Positions 1 through 12,374 of a DNA stretch of 64,000 nucleotides are shown here, one piece after another (the first letter of the stretch is position 1; the number at the start of each line of letters is the position of its first letter). The notes beneath the pieces were generated by a model that worked only from the letters and a program-made list of their open reading frames with translations, did not search any database and was not told the origin of the DNA. Both the position numbers and the translations under genes were made by a program. The stretch covers positions 121,584,001 through 121,648,000 of the forward strand of contig NC_087437.1 in NCBI RefSeq assembly GCF_036321535.1. The letters run 5' to 3'. The DNA comes from Camelus dromedarius. Taxonomy: Eukaryota.

Positions 1-3000
1 CTTCTGCTGAGAGCCGACAGGCACAAAGTCACTAAGGTGGGAGGGCTGGCCTCCCCGCGGGGTGGCCTGCCGGCCCCATCGGCCTGGGTTGTGTGTCCAG
101 TAGTCCCAGGCCCTTGTCCTCAGACGTCGCTGCCCCTCGGGGAACACCCCTCACCTGGACTCTTCCGTCCCTTCCTGGTACCAATCCCAGGACGACCAGC
201 CCTGCCGCACACACCAGGGTCCCCCAGGGAAACAGAAGGGTCAGGTTTTCCCAAACCAGCCGCCCAGCGCCCCCCGGGAGCTCCAGCATCAGTGGGGACG
301 CTGGCCCGGGGGCAGGAGCAGGCCCCCCGTGGCTGCCGGGGCCCCACAGCTCTGCCTCTGAGGCCAGGGTCCTCTGGGCCACAAATGACCACTCAGAACC
401 CTAAGGGGCGTTCCGTGTCCAGGTAACGGGTCCCTGACAACCGGGGCAGACCCACAGTTGGGCTGGGGGAGGGGTGGCCAGCCAGGGTCTAGGGAGCGGT
501 TCCCCCAACTTGGCTCTGGAGTTAGAGTGATGTCGCTTCCCCAGGCACCGGGGGAGGGGAGAAGGGCTGGTCCCAGCCTGGGGCTGGGCCACTCTGGCCC
601 CCGCCCAGCCCCACAGGACACCCGGGGGGTCAGAGCAGGGCCAGGCCAGGACCCCTTCTGCGCACAAGGGCAGGTCCGACCGAGTGGGGGGCCCCGTCCC
701 CGGGGGAGGCCGTTCTCCTGAGTGAAGGTTCCCTCCAGTGGGGAGGGCTGTGCCCCCACCCAGGTAGTAGCTGCACACACATAGGCAGAGACCACGCACA
801 TGCGGGCAGAGACCACCTACACGCAGGCAGTGACTAGATGTGCACCGTGTTTCCTCAGACGCGTCTCATTCCATATAAGACGCAGGGTGGGGATGTGCCG
901 TCCATACTGTGAATTTCAGGTCCTTGTATCTGGTCACGATTCCTTCTGCTCTGGTTTATCATCGCTCCTAACCTCCATTTCTTTCCAGAAGTCCCTTTGG
1001 GGCGCTTGTCCCTGCAGGAGGACTTGACACGTTCCCATATTGGCTCTTGTTTGACTCAGAAGCGTCCCCGCTCTCCCGCCTTCTCTGAGGCATCTCTGTC
1101 CGGTTCAGTGGTTTCCCTTCACCCTGGCCCGCATCTCCCTGGTACAGAGAAGAGCTTTCGGGTTTTGCCTTTTTCTTCATCACCGCATGGAGGCCTCACA
1201 GCCGGTTCCAAAGTTTCTGTCAGTATGTTTTGGACAAGTATTTAAGGAGCACCTCCGACGTGCAGGGACGGGGTGGGGACGGGTCAGACCCGGGGCCCAC
1301 CTCCCTCAGAGGAGCTGAGTCTCCCGGGGACAGGCCCCTCAGGCAGGAGGTCCCTGCCGGCTCTGATTCAGCGGTGGGGGTCAACAGATAACGCGGCTGT
1401 GAGAGGCTGAGGGGCGGCCCCAAGGGCACCTCTCAGTCCCTGGGACCTGATCCCCCGCCCCTCCAACACACGCACACACACACACAGGGACGTCAGGGCC
1501 GTAGGAACAAAGGGCCTTGAGGGGAGCAGCCTCCGCTGGACCGTCTGGGGGCCCCAAGCAGAGCCACGTGTATCCTGCAGGGAGACGTGGGAAGAGCTGA
1601 CGCACGCGGGGGAAGTGCCGTGAAGACAGAGCAGGGAGGTTTGCAGATGCTGGTCCTGAGAGCTTGTCTACACCTCCGCGGCACCCGTCCCAGACCAGCC
1701 ACCTGGATGCATGTTTCCCCAGGATGCCTGCACTGACCTCTGCCTGCCCCCCTGCTCCGCCCCCCAGACTGTTCCCAGCACAGCACCTGGGGCCATCTCT
1801 GTTCCAAGTCAGCTCCGTGGAAGTCGCCTCGGGAGTCTGCCAGCAGCTCCCATCTCAGCACAGGCGTGTCCCGAGTCCCAGCCAGGAGCCAGGGTCGACC
1901 GCCAGTGCCCATCTCCTCCTCCACGGGCCTCACTTCCTCTGCCGGATGCCCTGGCCTCCCCGCACTGAACCCGTCCCATCCCCAGGGCCTTTGCACATGC
2001 TGCTCTTTACCCTGATGTCCCCACGGCCCTGTCTTCACACCCTCAGCTCCAGTGTCACCTCCCAGAGAGCCCCCGGCCCACACGGGTTTGAGGATCCCCT
2101 TGTGTCTCGAAAACCCTCAGACAGTCTGGTTCGCACACACTCCTCTGAGACTCAGCCCAGGTATCACCGTCAGAAACTCATGCTGGGTGTTGCTGTTCCG
2201 ACTGCTACTGGGAATCCCCAAGACTCCAGGCCAAACGTTCCCCATCATTCGTGTGCTTAAAACTGGAAAGCTGGCCAGCGGCTCCTCACGCTTTCAGTAC
2301 AAAGGGATCCCCGGGGATCGGTCGGACGGCAGATTCTGACTCAGTGACCCCCCCGGCTGGGGCTCTGCACCTCTTCCCCGGGACCCGGGATGTGGCGTCG
2401 CTACTCCCAGCCCAGCTTCAGGGGTGGGGTCTGGACAAGCAGACGATCCTCGCCCACGCATCTGGGACACCCAGGGAGAGGCTGGGCCCCCACCCTCTCT
2501 TCCCACCGCTGGACGAGTCACCCCACCTGCCGAGTGTGGGGTCGGCAGCACCCACTCTGCAGCACTCGCTCTGTGGTTCACAGGAGGGGTGATCTGTGGC
2601 TGGACACGGGCGATGGCTCAGTGGACGTGCTCCCGGGGCCCGTGTCTGGGGCCCAGGGCTGACCTCTAGCTCTCGGCACTGGCTGTGCCCGAAGGCCCTC
2701 CTGGCTGTGTGCTCCCTCCCGCTGAGTCATCCAGCCCCTCTGCCCTGGCCCCGAACCCCTCACCCAGACAGGCCCAACAGCGGTGCCTTCCCGGGCCGTC
2801 CCTCTGGGGAACCTGCGTGTTCACCTTGACTTTCTCCTGGCCCAGGCCAGCCCGGTCAGCCCTGGCGATGGCGGAGCATGACCGCAGCGGCCTCAGCCAG
2901 CATTCTTCATCAGAACTGTGTTGTTTATTCTAGGTGTTTCGAATTTCCTTAGAAATTTTATGATCTCCTTGCCAGCTTTCATCTTTAAAACCTGGCTGGG

Positions 3001-3924
3001 GTTTGGGCTGGGGCGGTATTGCAAGGACAGAGAAATCTGGGGAGAACTAACATCCCAGCGATGCGGCTTCCAGGCCGTAAACACCATGCGTGTTTCCACC
3101 TGCCGGCTCTTCCCTCATGTCTGCCGGGGTCCTTCCACAGGTCCCCGTCGCCATCTTACGCGGCTGTCGTCAAATTTATCTCCAAGTCGCCCTAGGCTTT
3201 AAACGCTGTTGTATAGGGTGTTTCTAAATTTTTATACTCTAAGCTATAAATAAATCACTGTCTGTAAACGTGCACACACACGTGTCCACCTTGTGTTGCA
3301 TCTCTGCGTCCCCATCTGTCTGTCTGTCCGTCTCTGTTTGTCTGTCTCTCTCTCCCGTCAGCTGGTTTAGGGATGTCCACTCCTCACAGCCAGCTCAGTC
3401 GCATCCCGTGGTTCACGGCCCGCTTGCATCGTTAACCTGTGCGTGGTGGGCACGCTTCATGCGTGTGTATTTTAGTGCTGCAGCTCGCATGCCCCGCCGC
3501 ACCTGCCGTGACAACCGCGTCATGACAATAAGCCGTGTCCGCACCCTCCCCAAACCCCCGCCCTACTCCCTTCTACGCAAACGCCGCTGTCCTGAAGTTA
3601 CCTCTGGCTCCATGTGGTCTTCCCCACTGTGGTTAGACGTCCGCGATGTTTCTAGGTTTCTGCTACTAAGCAATTCTGCAGTAAATACTCTCGTGCAGTC
3701 TGTTCAGCCCAAACACTGACCGTGTTCTCGGGCACGCCCTACGACGGGAGCGCTCCGTCTCCGTGGACGGAGGGGCACGGCCGTCTAAAGGTACTGGACG
3801 CTCCTTAGTGGAAGATTTCCAGAGTGTGCCGGTTCACTCCCCCACTGGAAGGACTAGAATGCCCAGTTCAGAGCACCCCGGACAGAGCTTAGTCAATACA
3901 TATTATTCAAAACTTTGTAAATTT

Positions 3925-4372
3925 GGAGATCAGCCAAGACGGCAGAGTAGGAAGACCCTGAGCTCACCTCCTCCCACACGCACACCTAAGTTACAACTGT
4001 TCACAGAGCAACTATGATGAAAAAGACCAGAGCCTACCAGAAAAGATCTTCTATGACTGAAAATATAAAGAAGAAACTACAACGAGAAGGGTGGCAGGGG
4101 CTAAGCAGCAGCACAGTGAGACCCACCCCCAGGGGGGCGCCCACAGGTGGGAGGAGAGCCACAACTGCAGGCACCCCCCCCCCCCAGGGAGCTGGGGTCC
4201 CCAGCCTGGGGGTCCTGCACCAGGAAGACAAGCCCCGAGGACGTTAGGCTTTGAAGGCCAGTGGGGCTGACTTTCAGGAGTCCCAGAGGGCTGTGGGAAC
4301 TAGACTCCCCTGGTAAAGGACGCACACAAAATCTCACAAGCTCTGGGACCCAGGGCAGAGCAATAGCTGGAA
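3925..4372 (+). mobile_element. L1 5' UTR fragment
   Basis: Begins CAAGACGGCAGAGTAGGAAGACCCTGAGCTCACCTCCTCCCAC, resembling the CAAGATGGCG (YY1-site) start of laurasiatherian L1 5' ends. From recall; subfamily not determined. Confidence 0.7.
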
Positions 4373-4374
4373 CA

Positions 4375-4885
4375 GTGCAGGATGGGTAGTGGGAGGTGGG
4401 CGGTGGGTGGAGAATAGTGGTTACTGAGTGGCTGACAATGGACGGTGCATGGTGGAAGTTGGATGGCAGATTCTGAACTGGGGCCAGTGGGTGGCGGTAG
4501 ATTGAAAACAGTCAGTAGTGGTGGACGTTGTATGGTGGATGGATGATCCTGGGTGTTGGACGGTAGATGGTAGATGGGGGACAGTGGGTGATGGACGGTA
4601 GGATGTAAGAGGTAAGGGTGGAACATGGGCAGTGGAAGGTGAAAGGTGGAAAGTTGATCCTGGATAACGGGTGGTGGAGCATGGTGGGTGAAAAGTGGAT
4701 TAAGGATGGCGGATGGTGGACGAGGAACAGTGGAAAGTGGATGTGGATATGAAAGGTGGTTGCTGGGAGGTAAAAGGCAGTAGGTGAGTGTGGAAGGTGG
4801 GTGTGGGTGATGGATTGTGATGGTGGAACATGGAAGGTGAAGAGTGGGTGGTGGACGGTGCACCGTGTGTGGAAGTGGGCAGTGG
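4375..4885. repeat. Degenerate G-rich tandem array with about 7-bp period (consensus near TGGAYGG)
   Basis: Runs such as TGGACGG TGCATGG TGGAAGT TGGATGG and TGGACGG TAGATGG TAGATGG GGGACAG TGGGTGA TGGACGG. The plus strand is strongly C-depleted. Confidence 0.75.
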
Positions 4886-6399
4886 AAGCTCCCGTCACCT
4901 CTCTGGCGTTTATACTGCAATGACTCCTGTAATCTCTGTAGCACAGGAGGCCGCACCCTTCTGTGGGTCTTTGACAGTGACCGGCTTAGGCTCTGGAGCC
5001 TTCCCGACCCCATCTTGGAGGGTACCCTTCACTCGAGGGGTTTCAGACTGTGCTGGTGATGGAGGGCTGGGGGCCCAGGGGGCCAGCGACCTGACATGAC
5101 TCTGTGGAGGAGGAGGCTGCAGGGGGCCCAGGCGTCGGGGCGGCCTGGGAGTGGGGAGGGGCTGGGGGCTCAGGGGAGCCTGGGGCGTCGGTGGCGGGGT
5201 CTGGGGAGAAGCCAGCCGTGGGGGCTCGCTGTGAGGGGGTGGGGGCGTGGGCTGGGGTGAAAGGCTGGAGCAATGGTTGACCGTGTCCAAGCGCGCACAC
5301 AGAGAGGAGGAAAGAAGTGTTTGTTTCAAACCTTCAGTATGCACAACCGGCCAGAAGCGCATCCTTTGTCAAAGCTGCGGTCAGAAGATTTAGTCGTCAG
5401 CTGCAGTACGTGAGGAGACACAGGGTTTCAGAAATCTTTCAAAGATGTGGAGCAGAACGAGAACAGCGAGCGCCTCTCTTGGAGACCCCCTGGGCCCTCC
5501 CCACCCCACGTGGCCCCCTGCACCGGAGGTCCCGGGGTGCTTTTTGCTCAGGCTCTGTCTGCAGAGAGCTTGGTCACCCCCAACCTGGGTGCCCAGGGTG
5601 TGCGTCCAGCCAAGCCTGACGCCCCCCAGACCCCAGGCCCCAGGCTCGGGCAGGCCCGTGGGGCACAGGACAAAGCCCTGAACATCCGGGTGCAGGACCT
5701 TCCAGGCTTCGCCCCGCCGCCTCCTTTGGGGGAGAAGGCGCCGGTCTCTTCTCAGAGGCGAACCCAGCAGTGGAGCGGAGCTGGAGGCGGGAAGAGCTTA
5801 TTCAGAACTGGAATATTTTTAAGCCAAGTCAGAAGAGTGCGCCCTTCAAAGCAGTGTTTGTCCTGCTTCGGCCCAGAGCTAATCAGCTTAGCAGGAGGCC
5901 TGGGCCGCCCAGCCAGGCGGGCAGGCAGGCACCGCAGTCCGGGTTGATCTTTCACAGAAGGAAACCCCCGTCTCTCCCCAGTGCCCACTGTCTGTTCTGG
6001 GTCTCCCCTCAGAAGCAGCTCACGCTGGGCCATTAAAAGGACAAAGCGGAGACTGTCTCTTTCCGGGAGAATGTCAAGGCGCTTTATACGGAACCATCTA
6101 GGGCAGGAATGCTGGCTGCTGTTGAATACTGTCACCTGCCACCCAGAGCGGCCAACCCGGCCCCTTCCCCGTGTCCCCCGCAGGGCGGCGCCCAGCGTGG
6201 TCAGAGCTTTGCTGCGATTCCTGTCTGCTCTCAGCACCCGTGCGGCGCCAGCAGAGGAGGAAGTAACCTTCTAGGGCACCTGTCTGTGGTTAAACTGAAG
6301 ACGTCGTGGGGACAAAGCCAATTCCCGGTAACAAAGAGGATGGGTGACCTGGCCTCAGGCGATCAAAGGGACGTTATGATTCAAAATTCATTCCTGTCA

Positions 6400-6860
6400 G
6401 TTTGCGGAGCTTGCGGCTCCGTGCCCCGCGCCGCAACGGAACTAAGAGGGAGGTTGGGGGTGGGGGGACCCCCAGGAGACCCACTCACAGAGTTCACCGA
6501 AGGAAACACGTGGATGGAGTTTTTAAAGAATAAAAGGGACAGAATAAACAAAAGTTTGGACGGAAACACGAAGATGTTCGGAAAAGTAAGCGCTTGGAAA
6601 GGGAGCCGCGCGGATCTTGTGCGCAGGAGTCCCCGGGATTTGCTAAAGCAAAGTGCTGGGCCGCCGGGAGCGGCGAACGGAGCCCGGGCAAGCGGCGAGC
6701 AGGGAGGCAGCCCGGCTCGGGCGGCGTCTCCTGCGCTGCTCTCGCTCGCGCGATCGGCCCTCCGGAGCCACCAGTCCGAGGCATGGACGGTGGGGCGCAG
6801 GGGCCGGCGGGGCCCTGTGTGCCCGAATCCTTGGGGTGAGGACGTGCAGACTGGGAAATT
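6400..6860. promoter_or_regulatory. Orphan CpG-rich patch (candidate enhancer or lncRNA promoter)
   Basis: Dense CpGs at about 6600-6830 with no coding exon nearby. Flanked by NF-kB and ETS-IRF consensus motifs. Confidence 0.4.
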
Positions 6861-8059
6861 CCAGACACTGAGAGGAACCAGTGGTTACATGTGCATCTCA
6901 ACAGCGCTGAAGGGTCCCTGCGCAACGGAGGCAGCCTGTGCCTTTCAAACCAAGAGTGTGAATAGAAATAAAAATATTACGCATTTCACTTCCTGCAGCA
7001 GAGAGCATGGGGGGAGCTGAGAACCCCCCGGGACCCCCCGCCCCACACACACGCTGGGGGCGGTGCTACGAGCACCATCTAAAGCTTGCCACGGGCTGTG
7101 CTTCGGGACAGGGGCGGCTGCAGAGGATGTCATGCCCTCCCTGGCAACGACAGCAAATCCAGACAAGCTCGTGTCCCCCTGAAGCCCTGAGAGTGTGGCA
7201 GTCCTGGGACAGCCAGTGAGACCTGAGGAGAGAGGCAGGCGCCTGTGGGGAGAGGGCCCCAGACACAGCCCCCAGAGGGGGAAGAAATCAGACAGAAACC
7301 ACAGGAAGGGGGCCCTGAGCCGAGAGGAGCTGGCACCTCTCGAGAGCCTCGCGGCATCCTGGGGGAGGGGGCACAGGCCAATCTCTCTCCCTGAGGAAGA
7401 GGCAGGGGTGCAGGCTGGGCCCCGACGCTGGAGAACCCTGCTCCTGGGGAGGGCAGGATAACCGGGAAGACCCCACCCCAAGCCCCAGGGACCCCCCACC
7501 TGCCAGAGAGGGCAGGATTTGGGGCCATGAATCATATCTCAGTAAAACCAATTATGAGACCGTGACTGGTGGAGACGACAGACAGAGCAGGGCAACACGC
7601 ACAGAGCTGGGAGAGGCCAGAAAACGGGCGAGAGCGAGCACTGACAAGGCGCGACAAGCAGGCCTCCCGGGAAGCCAGCTCCGGACTGCCCGTGTGATGG
7701 GGTCCGGACTCTGCAGCAAAACGACCAAAGCTGGTGAAAAGGTTTTTTTTTTTTTTTTTTATTTTAAGTCTCTGGGATTCGTCCTAAGGATATACAGCAA
7801 ACAGACTGGGGCTTCCTTCCTCCACGCAGCTCGCAGCCCCGGTGGAGACTCTGCCCCGGGCGCAGCAGGCCCAGGGCTGGGGGCACTTATCACCCTTGCT
7901 CCGGGCACTGGTAGGAGGCACTCCACAGGGGACACATGAGGCGACCCCCCTGCCCAGGGTCCTGCTCGCAGTCGGGAGGCCACTCTGAGGGAAGTGGGCC
8001 ATGGTCCCCAGCCACATTCAGAGGTTTCGCTCAGGGACTGGAACTGCACTGGAGCAGTG

Positions 8060-9176
8060 TTTCTGTAACTCACTGGGACAAAGTTAGTACAAAGCTGAAG
8101 TAGATTCTGATAAGAAGTACATGGTAAGCCTGAGAGTCACTACAAAGAAATTAACAAAAAATACAATTAAAAGAGTAATTAAGGAATTAAAATGTTATCT
8201 TAGAAAATACACACTAAATGCAAAAAAAAAAGCAGCAAATTAGGAATAAATAAAGGAAGCAAAAAAGCAAAATGTCAGATGAACATCCAACTGTATTAAC
8301 AATTACATTAAATACAAGTGGATTAAACACAATCAAAAGGCACATACTGTCAGACTGGACCCCCTAAAGATGATGATTTCACTATATAATGCCTCTAAGA
8401 GACACACTTTAGAGCCAAAGATATGAATAGCCTGAGAGTAAAGGATGCAAAAAAATTTTTACCGTGGGAACAGCAACCATAAGAGAGCTGGAGTGACTAC
8501 ACTAATATCAAACAAAACAGATTTTAGCTCAAACAAAAATGGTCACTAGAGGTAAAAGGAATATTCTATAATGATATGAGGGTCAATAAACCAGGAATAT
8601 AAATAGCTGCAATCACACACATGCACCTGACAACAGGCACCAAAACGCACGGCGCGGAAGACGACTGAGGCGAAAGCAGGAGCAGACAATCCAGCAGCAA
8701 CGGCTGGAGGCCTCAGCGCACCGCTCAGCGCTTGCAGTAGCGGGCAGAGCACAGAGGCAGGACACCGAGTGCACGAACAGCCTGGACAGCGCTGGGAACC
8801 AACCAACCCTCACACACACCTGAGGTCACTCACCCAGCAAAGCCCAGAGCACCGTCTCCTCAGGGCGCGCGGCTCGTTCTCCGGGAGAGACACGTGCTAG
8901 GCCACAAGACAGACTCAGGGAGCGTAAAGGGTTAAAATAATACAGAGTATGTTCTCTGACCAAAAGGATGAAGTCAAAAGTCAACAACAGAGGTAACTAT
9001 GGGAAATTCACACATACGTGCAAATTATACAACACTCTCCTGAATAACCAGTGATTCGAAGAAGAAATCGCAGAGGAAATTAAAAACGTTGAGATGAATT
9101 AAACTTACGGGATGCAGCTAAAGTGATTCGTAGGTGGAATTCATAGCCATAAATGCCTGCATTAAAAATGAAGGAA
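8060..9176 (+). mobile_element. Old L1 fragment (inter-ORF region and ORF2 endonuclease region, decayed)
   Basis: A-rich plus strand with L1 ORF2 hallmarks: ATTACATTAAAT..TGGATTAAA, GAGACACACTTTAG, CAGAGTATGTTCTCTGACCA, AAACTTACGGGATGCAGCTAAAG. Confidence 0.85.
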
Positions 9177-11221
9177 GGAGTCCTATCATTTTGGTGGGCT
9201 TGCACATTTCTCTCGTGTATCTACAGATTTTTGCTCTACACGTTTTGAGGCAATATGATGGTGGTGGTGGTGGTGGTGCAAAACTGGAATCTTTTATGAC
9301 AGACTTAAAAACCAGTAGGTGGTCATCCTCTCTTCATCTGATATGAATGTCAGCAAGTTCAGCTCTCTTTTGCAGAGTATTTGACTGGTTTACCTTTTCT
9401 GATTTTGACCTTCTTTCATGCCCTTGATTTGAAGGTTGATCTCTTACAAACAGGGGAGCCATGCTGCCTGCTTTCCAGGCGTCCCACCTGGCCAACACCC
9501 CCTTTTGCTGACCAGAGGGCCTTGGTTTGGACAATATGGCACGTGACTCCCCTACTTACAGACAGCAGATCTCTGGGATCTTAAAAACTGTCTAATGTGA
9601 CGTTATCTGTGTAACTTAGTCCATTTTCATACATTTTATACATGTAACTGCTGCCATCGTTGGATTTATTTTTCCCGCATGGCGCTATGGCCAAAGGGAC
9701 GGAGTCCGCAGCTGCGCCCCGGGGGACCCGTGCTCGGAGAGGCCATCCCTGACTGCGGCCAGACCGTGCACCTCTGCCCCGGGGAGGTGCTCCTCTGGAC
9801 GAAGCAGTGTGACCAGGTGTGGGGCGCCAGGGGGCGGGGGCACAAGCGAGGTGCCGAGGTCGGGCGAACCAGCCCCTCCTCAGACCCCCCCGCCCCAGCT
9901 GCCTGCCTGCTGCTCAGGCAGGGACGTCTGCAGACTGCAAGTCTGGGGGTGAGGCGGGCGTCCTAGGGGTGCTGCCTGGCCCACAGGCAGGGGCTCCCGG
10001 GCCACTGGCCGGCCAGGCAGCGGGTGCGGCAGCAGGGAGTGCCCAGGGCGAGTGATGGCGGGGCGGGCCTGCAGGGCATCTGCTGCTTCAGGGCTGTGGG
10101 CGTGCAGGCGGGCGCTGATGGCGGGAGTAAAGGCGCGGGCGGGACAGCTGCGGCCCCCGTTAACTGTGCCACTCTGCCGCGGGCAGGCTTTCTGCCTTCC
10201 TGCCTGTGTTTTTCCTTCCTGCCTATTTTAAGGCCAGAGTTGCTGTCTGCCTCTCCGGAGCCCTCCTGGGCTCCGCGGGGGGCAGGTGGTCCGGCGGCTG
10301 CTGGGACAGCTGGGCGGGGGAGGCGGCCAGCCCGCAGGGTCGCGTGGGGTCACGGTCACAGTCACAGGGAGGCCACGTCATTCTAAGCGCAGGCCGGTTT
10401 TCAGGTCTATGGGAGGGTCCCCAGCCTGCCATCAGCACTGAGAATCCTCTTACCTCGGACGGTGGCACAGGTGGCCTCAGCGGCGCCATCCTCAGAAGGT
10501 GGAACCACAAACAGTGAGGCAAGCCTCAGAATGAGCCGGCCACCCCCAACTCACCCAGACGAACCCGTGTGTTCACTTTTTGCACACATTTCACATTAAT
10601 CGACTCGTGGTCACCAAGACGGCGTCTATGCTGTGTGGATACTGTCCCTTTTCCACTTGACTTCAAACCAGGGCTTTCCTACGCGCCTCCTAGTCCTGTG
10701 ACACTTTTCAATACCCCGTGTGTCTGTTTAGGCGAAGTGCACCATCTCTCCATACTGCACACTGAGTCAAATTGCTCTTTTTTATAGACAAGGCTGCAAT
10801 ACATGCTTTCATGGTGGTTTTATTGCCAGTGAGATATCTGCTTCAGCTAAATCCCCACCAGCAGGATTGCTGGGCCAAAGGCCATCTCCAGGATTTCTGC
10901 TATTTTTTTTAACCAAAACTGATCACAATAATTTATTGAGCACTATTTGCAGAGGAGTTGTGTTCAAGATGATTCAGGGTCAGGACACTGGCCATCCTGA
11001 AGTCTGTACAGGACAATCCTCGTTACCCCTGATGCAGACGAATTACAGACCCTGTAAAAGAAAGAACAAGTCTGTACGTGGCTGAGCGGAAACGACAGTC
11101 TACCACGTCTGCTGTGTTGTTCACTAACTAAGCATGCTTTCCCTTTTCACCACGGTTGACTGGTTTAAAAAGCGACCATTTCAGTAGACGCAATATTTAT
11201 ACTAATAACACTCACTGGCAG

Positions 11222-11420
11222 ACATTCATTGAAGTTTTTTTTTTTATGTTCCTGCCATCCTAGTGGGCACTTCCCATGAATTCTCATGTTTAACCTTATG
11301 ATGACCTGAGACAGGGGCCCTATTTTATTTTATTGGTTGGGAATCCAGGGCTCAGAGCAATAGTGGCCCAAACTCACACAGCTGGTCAGAGGCACAGCTA
11401 GGGTCACTCTGGTCCCTTAA
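11222..11420 (-). mobile_element. MIR SINE remnant
   Basis: TCTCATGTTTAACCTT...CCTATTTTA...GGGCTCAGAG...GCCCAAACTCACACAGCTGGT matches the reverse-complemented MIR core pattern. Confidence 0.6.
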
Positions 11421-11459
11421 ATGCAGAACTCAATTCTGCACCAGGGCACCAGGGCACCA

Positions 11460-12080
11460 CTCCTGCAGCTCCTGCACCTCCTGCACCGCCTGCACCTAAT
11501 GCACTGCCTGCACCTCCTGCACTTCCTGCACCACCTGCACCGCCTGCAGCTCCTGCACCTCCTGCACCTCCTGCAGCTCCTGCACCTCCTGCACCGCCTG
11601 CACCTCCTGCAGCTCCTGCACCGCCTGCACCGCCTGCAGCTCCTGCACCTCCTACACCGCCTGCACCTCCTGCAGCTCCTGCACCTCCTGCACCTCCTGC
11701 ACCTCCAACACCTCCTGCAGCTCCTGCACGGCCTGCAACTCCTGCACCGCCTGCACCGCCTGCACCTCCTGCAGCTCCTGCACCTCCTGCACCTCCTGCA
11801 GCTCCTGCACCTCCTGCACCGCCTGCACCTCCTGCACCGCCTGCACCTCCTGCAGCTCCTGCAGCTCCTGCACCGCCTGCACCTCCTGCACCGCCTGCAG
11901 CTCCTGCACCTCCTGCACCTCCTGCACTTCCTGCACCTCCTGCACCGCCTGCAGCTCCTGCACCTCCTGCACCTCCTGCACTTCCTGCAGCTCCTGCACC
12001 TCTTTTACCGCCTGCAGCTCCTGCACCGCCTGCACCTCCTGCACCTCCTGCACTGCCTGCACCGCCTGCACCTCCTGCAC
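11460..12080. repeat. Minisatellite, 69 x 9-bp unit C(T/G)CCTGCA(C/G)
   Basis: 621 bp equals exactly 69 units. Main variants are CTCCTGCAC, CGCCTGCAC, CTCCTGCAG and CGCCTGCAG. Confidence 0.97.
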
Positions 12081-12374
12081 CCCAGCCCCCCACCCAGCCC
12101 CGCCGCACGCGGTGGCAGAGCTACTGAGGAGACGCTGGAGATAAAAGGAGTGACTGCTTTTGGGAATCGTATTCTCCTCTGTGTTCAGAACCTAAAACCC
12201 AACATGGCCTCATTGCTCCCTGGGGTAAAAATTAATAGAAGTCCAACTGACCTGTGGGAGCCATGCCAGCTCTGTCCCCCTGGACACCTAGAGGTACACC
12301 CCGTCAACTCGGATCCCAGGTGTGATCTGCAGGACTCGGGCTGCGGCCTCCGTCCCAGGGAGAGATGCCTGTAA

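Noticed and set aside
4300..5013. His/Pro-rich ORFs on the minus strand
   Set aside because: Translations of the degenerate 7-bp G-rich array.
6109..7020. 303-aa plus-strand ORF
   Set aside because: No recognisable domain, composition typical of GC-rich non-coding frames, and no exon structure.
11460..12080. CRISPR-like array or PRDM9 target
   Set aside because: Units are head-to-tail with no unique spacers, and the DNA is mammalian. The resemblance to the human PRDM9 13-mer is imperfect, and PRDM9 specificity is species-specific.
11404..12108. Silk/fibroin-like Gly-Ala ORF (234 aa) and overlapping His/Leu and QEV ORFs
   Set aside because: All are translations of a stop-free 9-bp minisatellite. 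The Gly-Ala ORF has no ATG start and no non-repeat domain, so it is not called as a gene.
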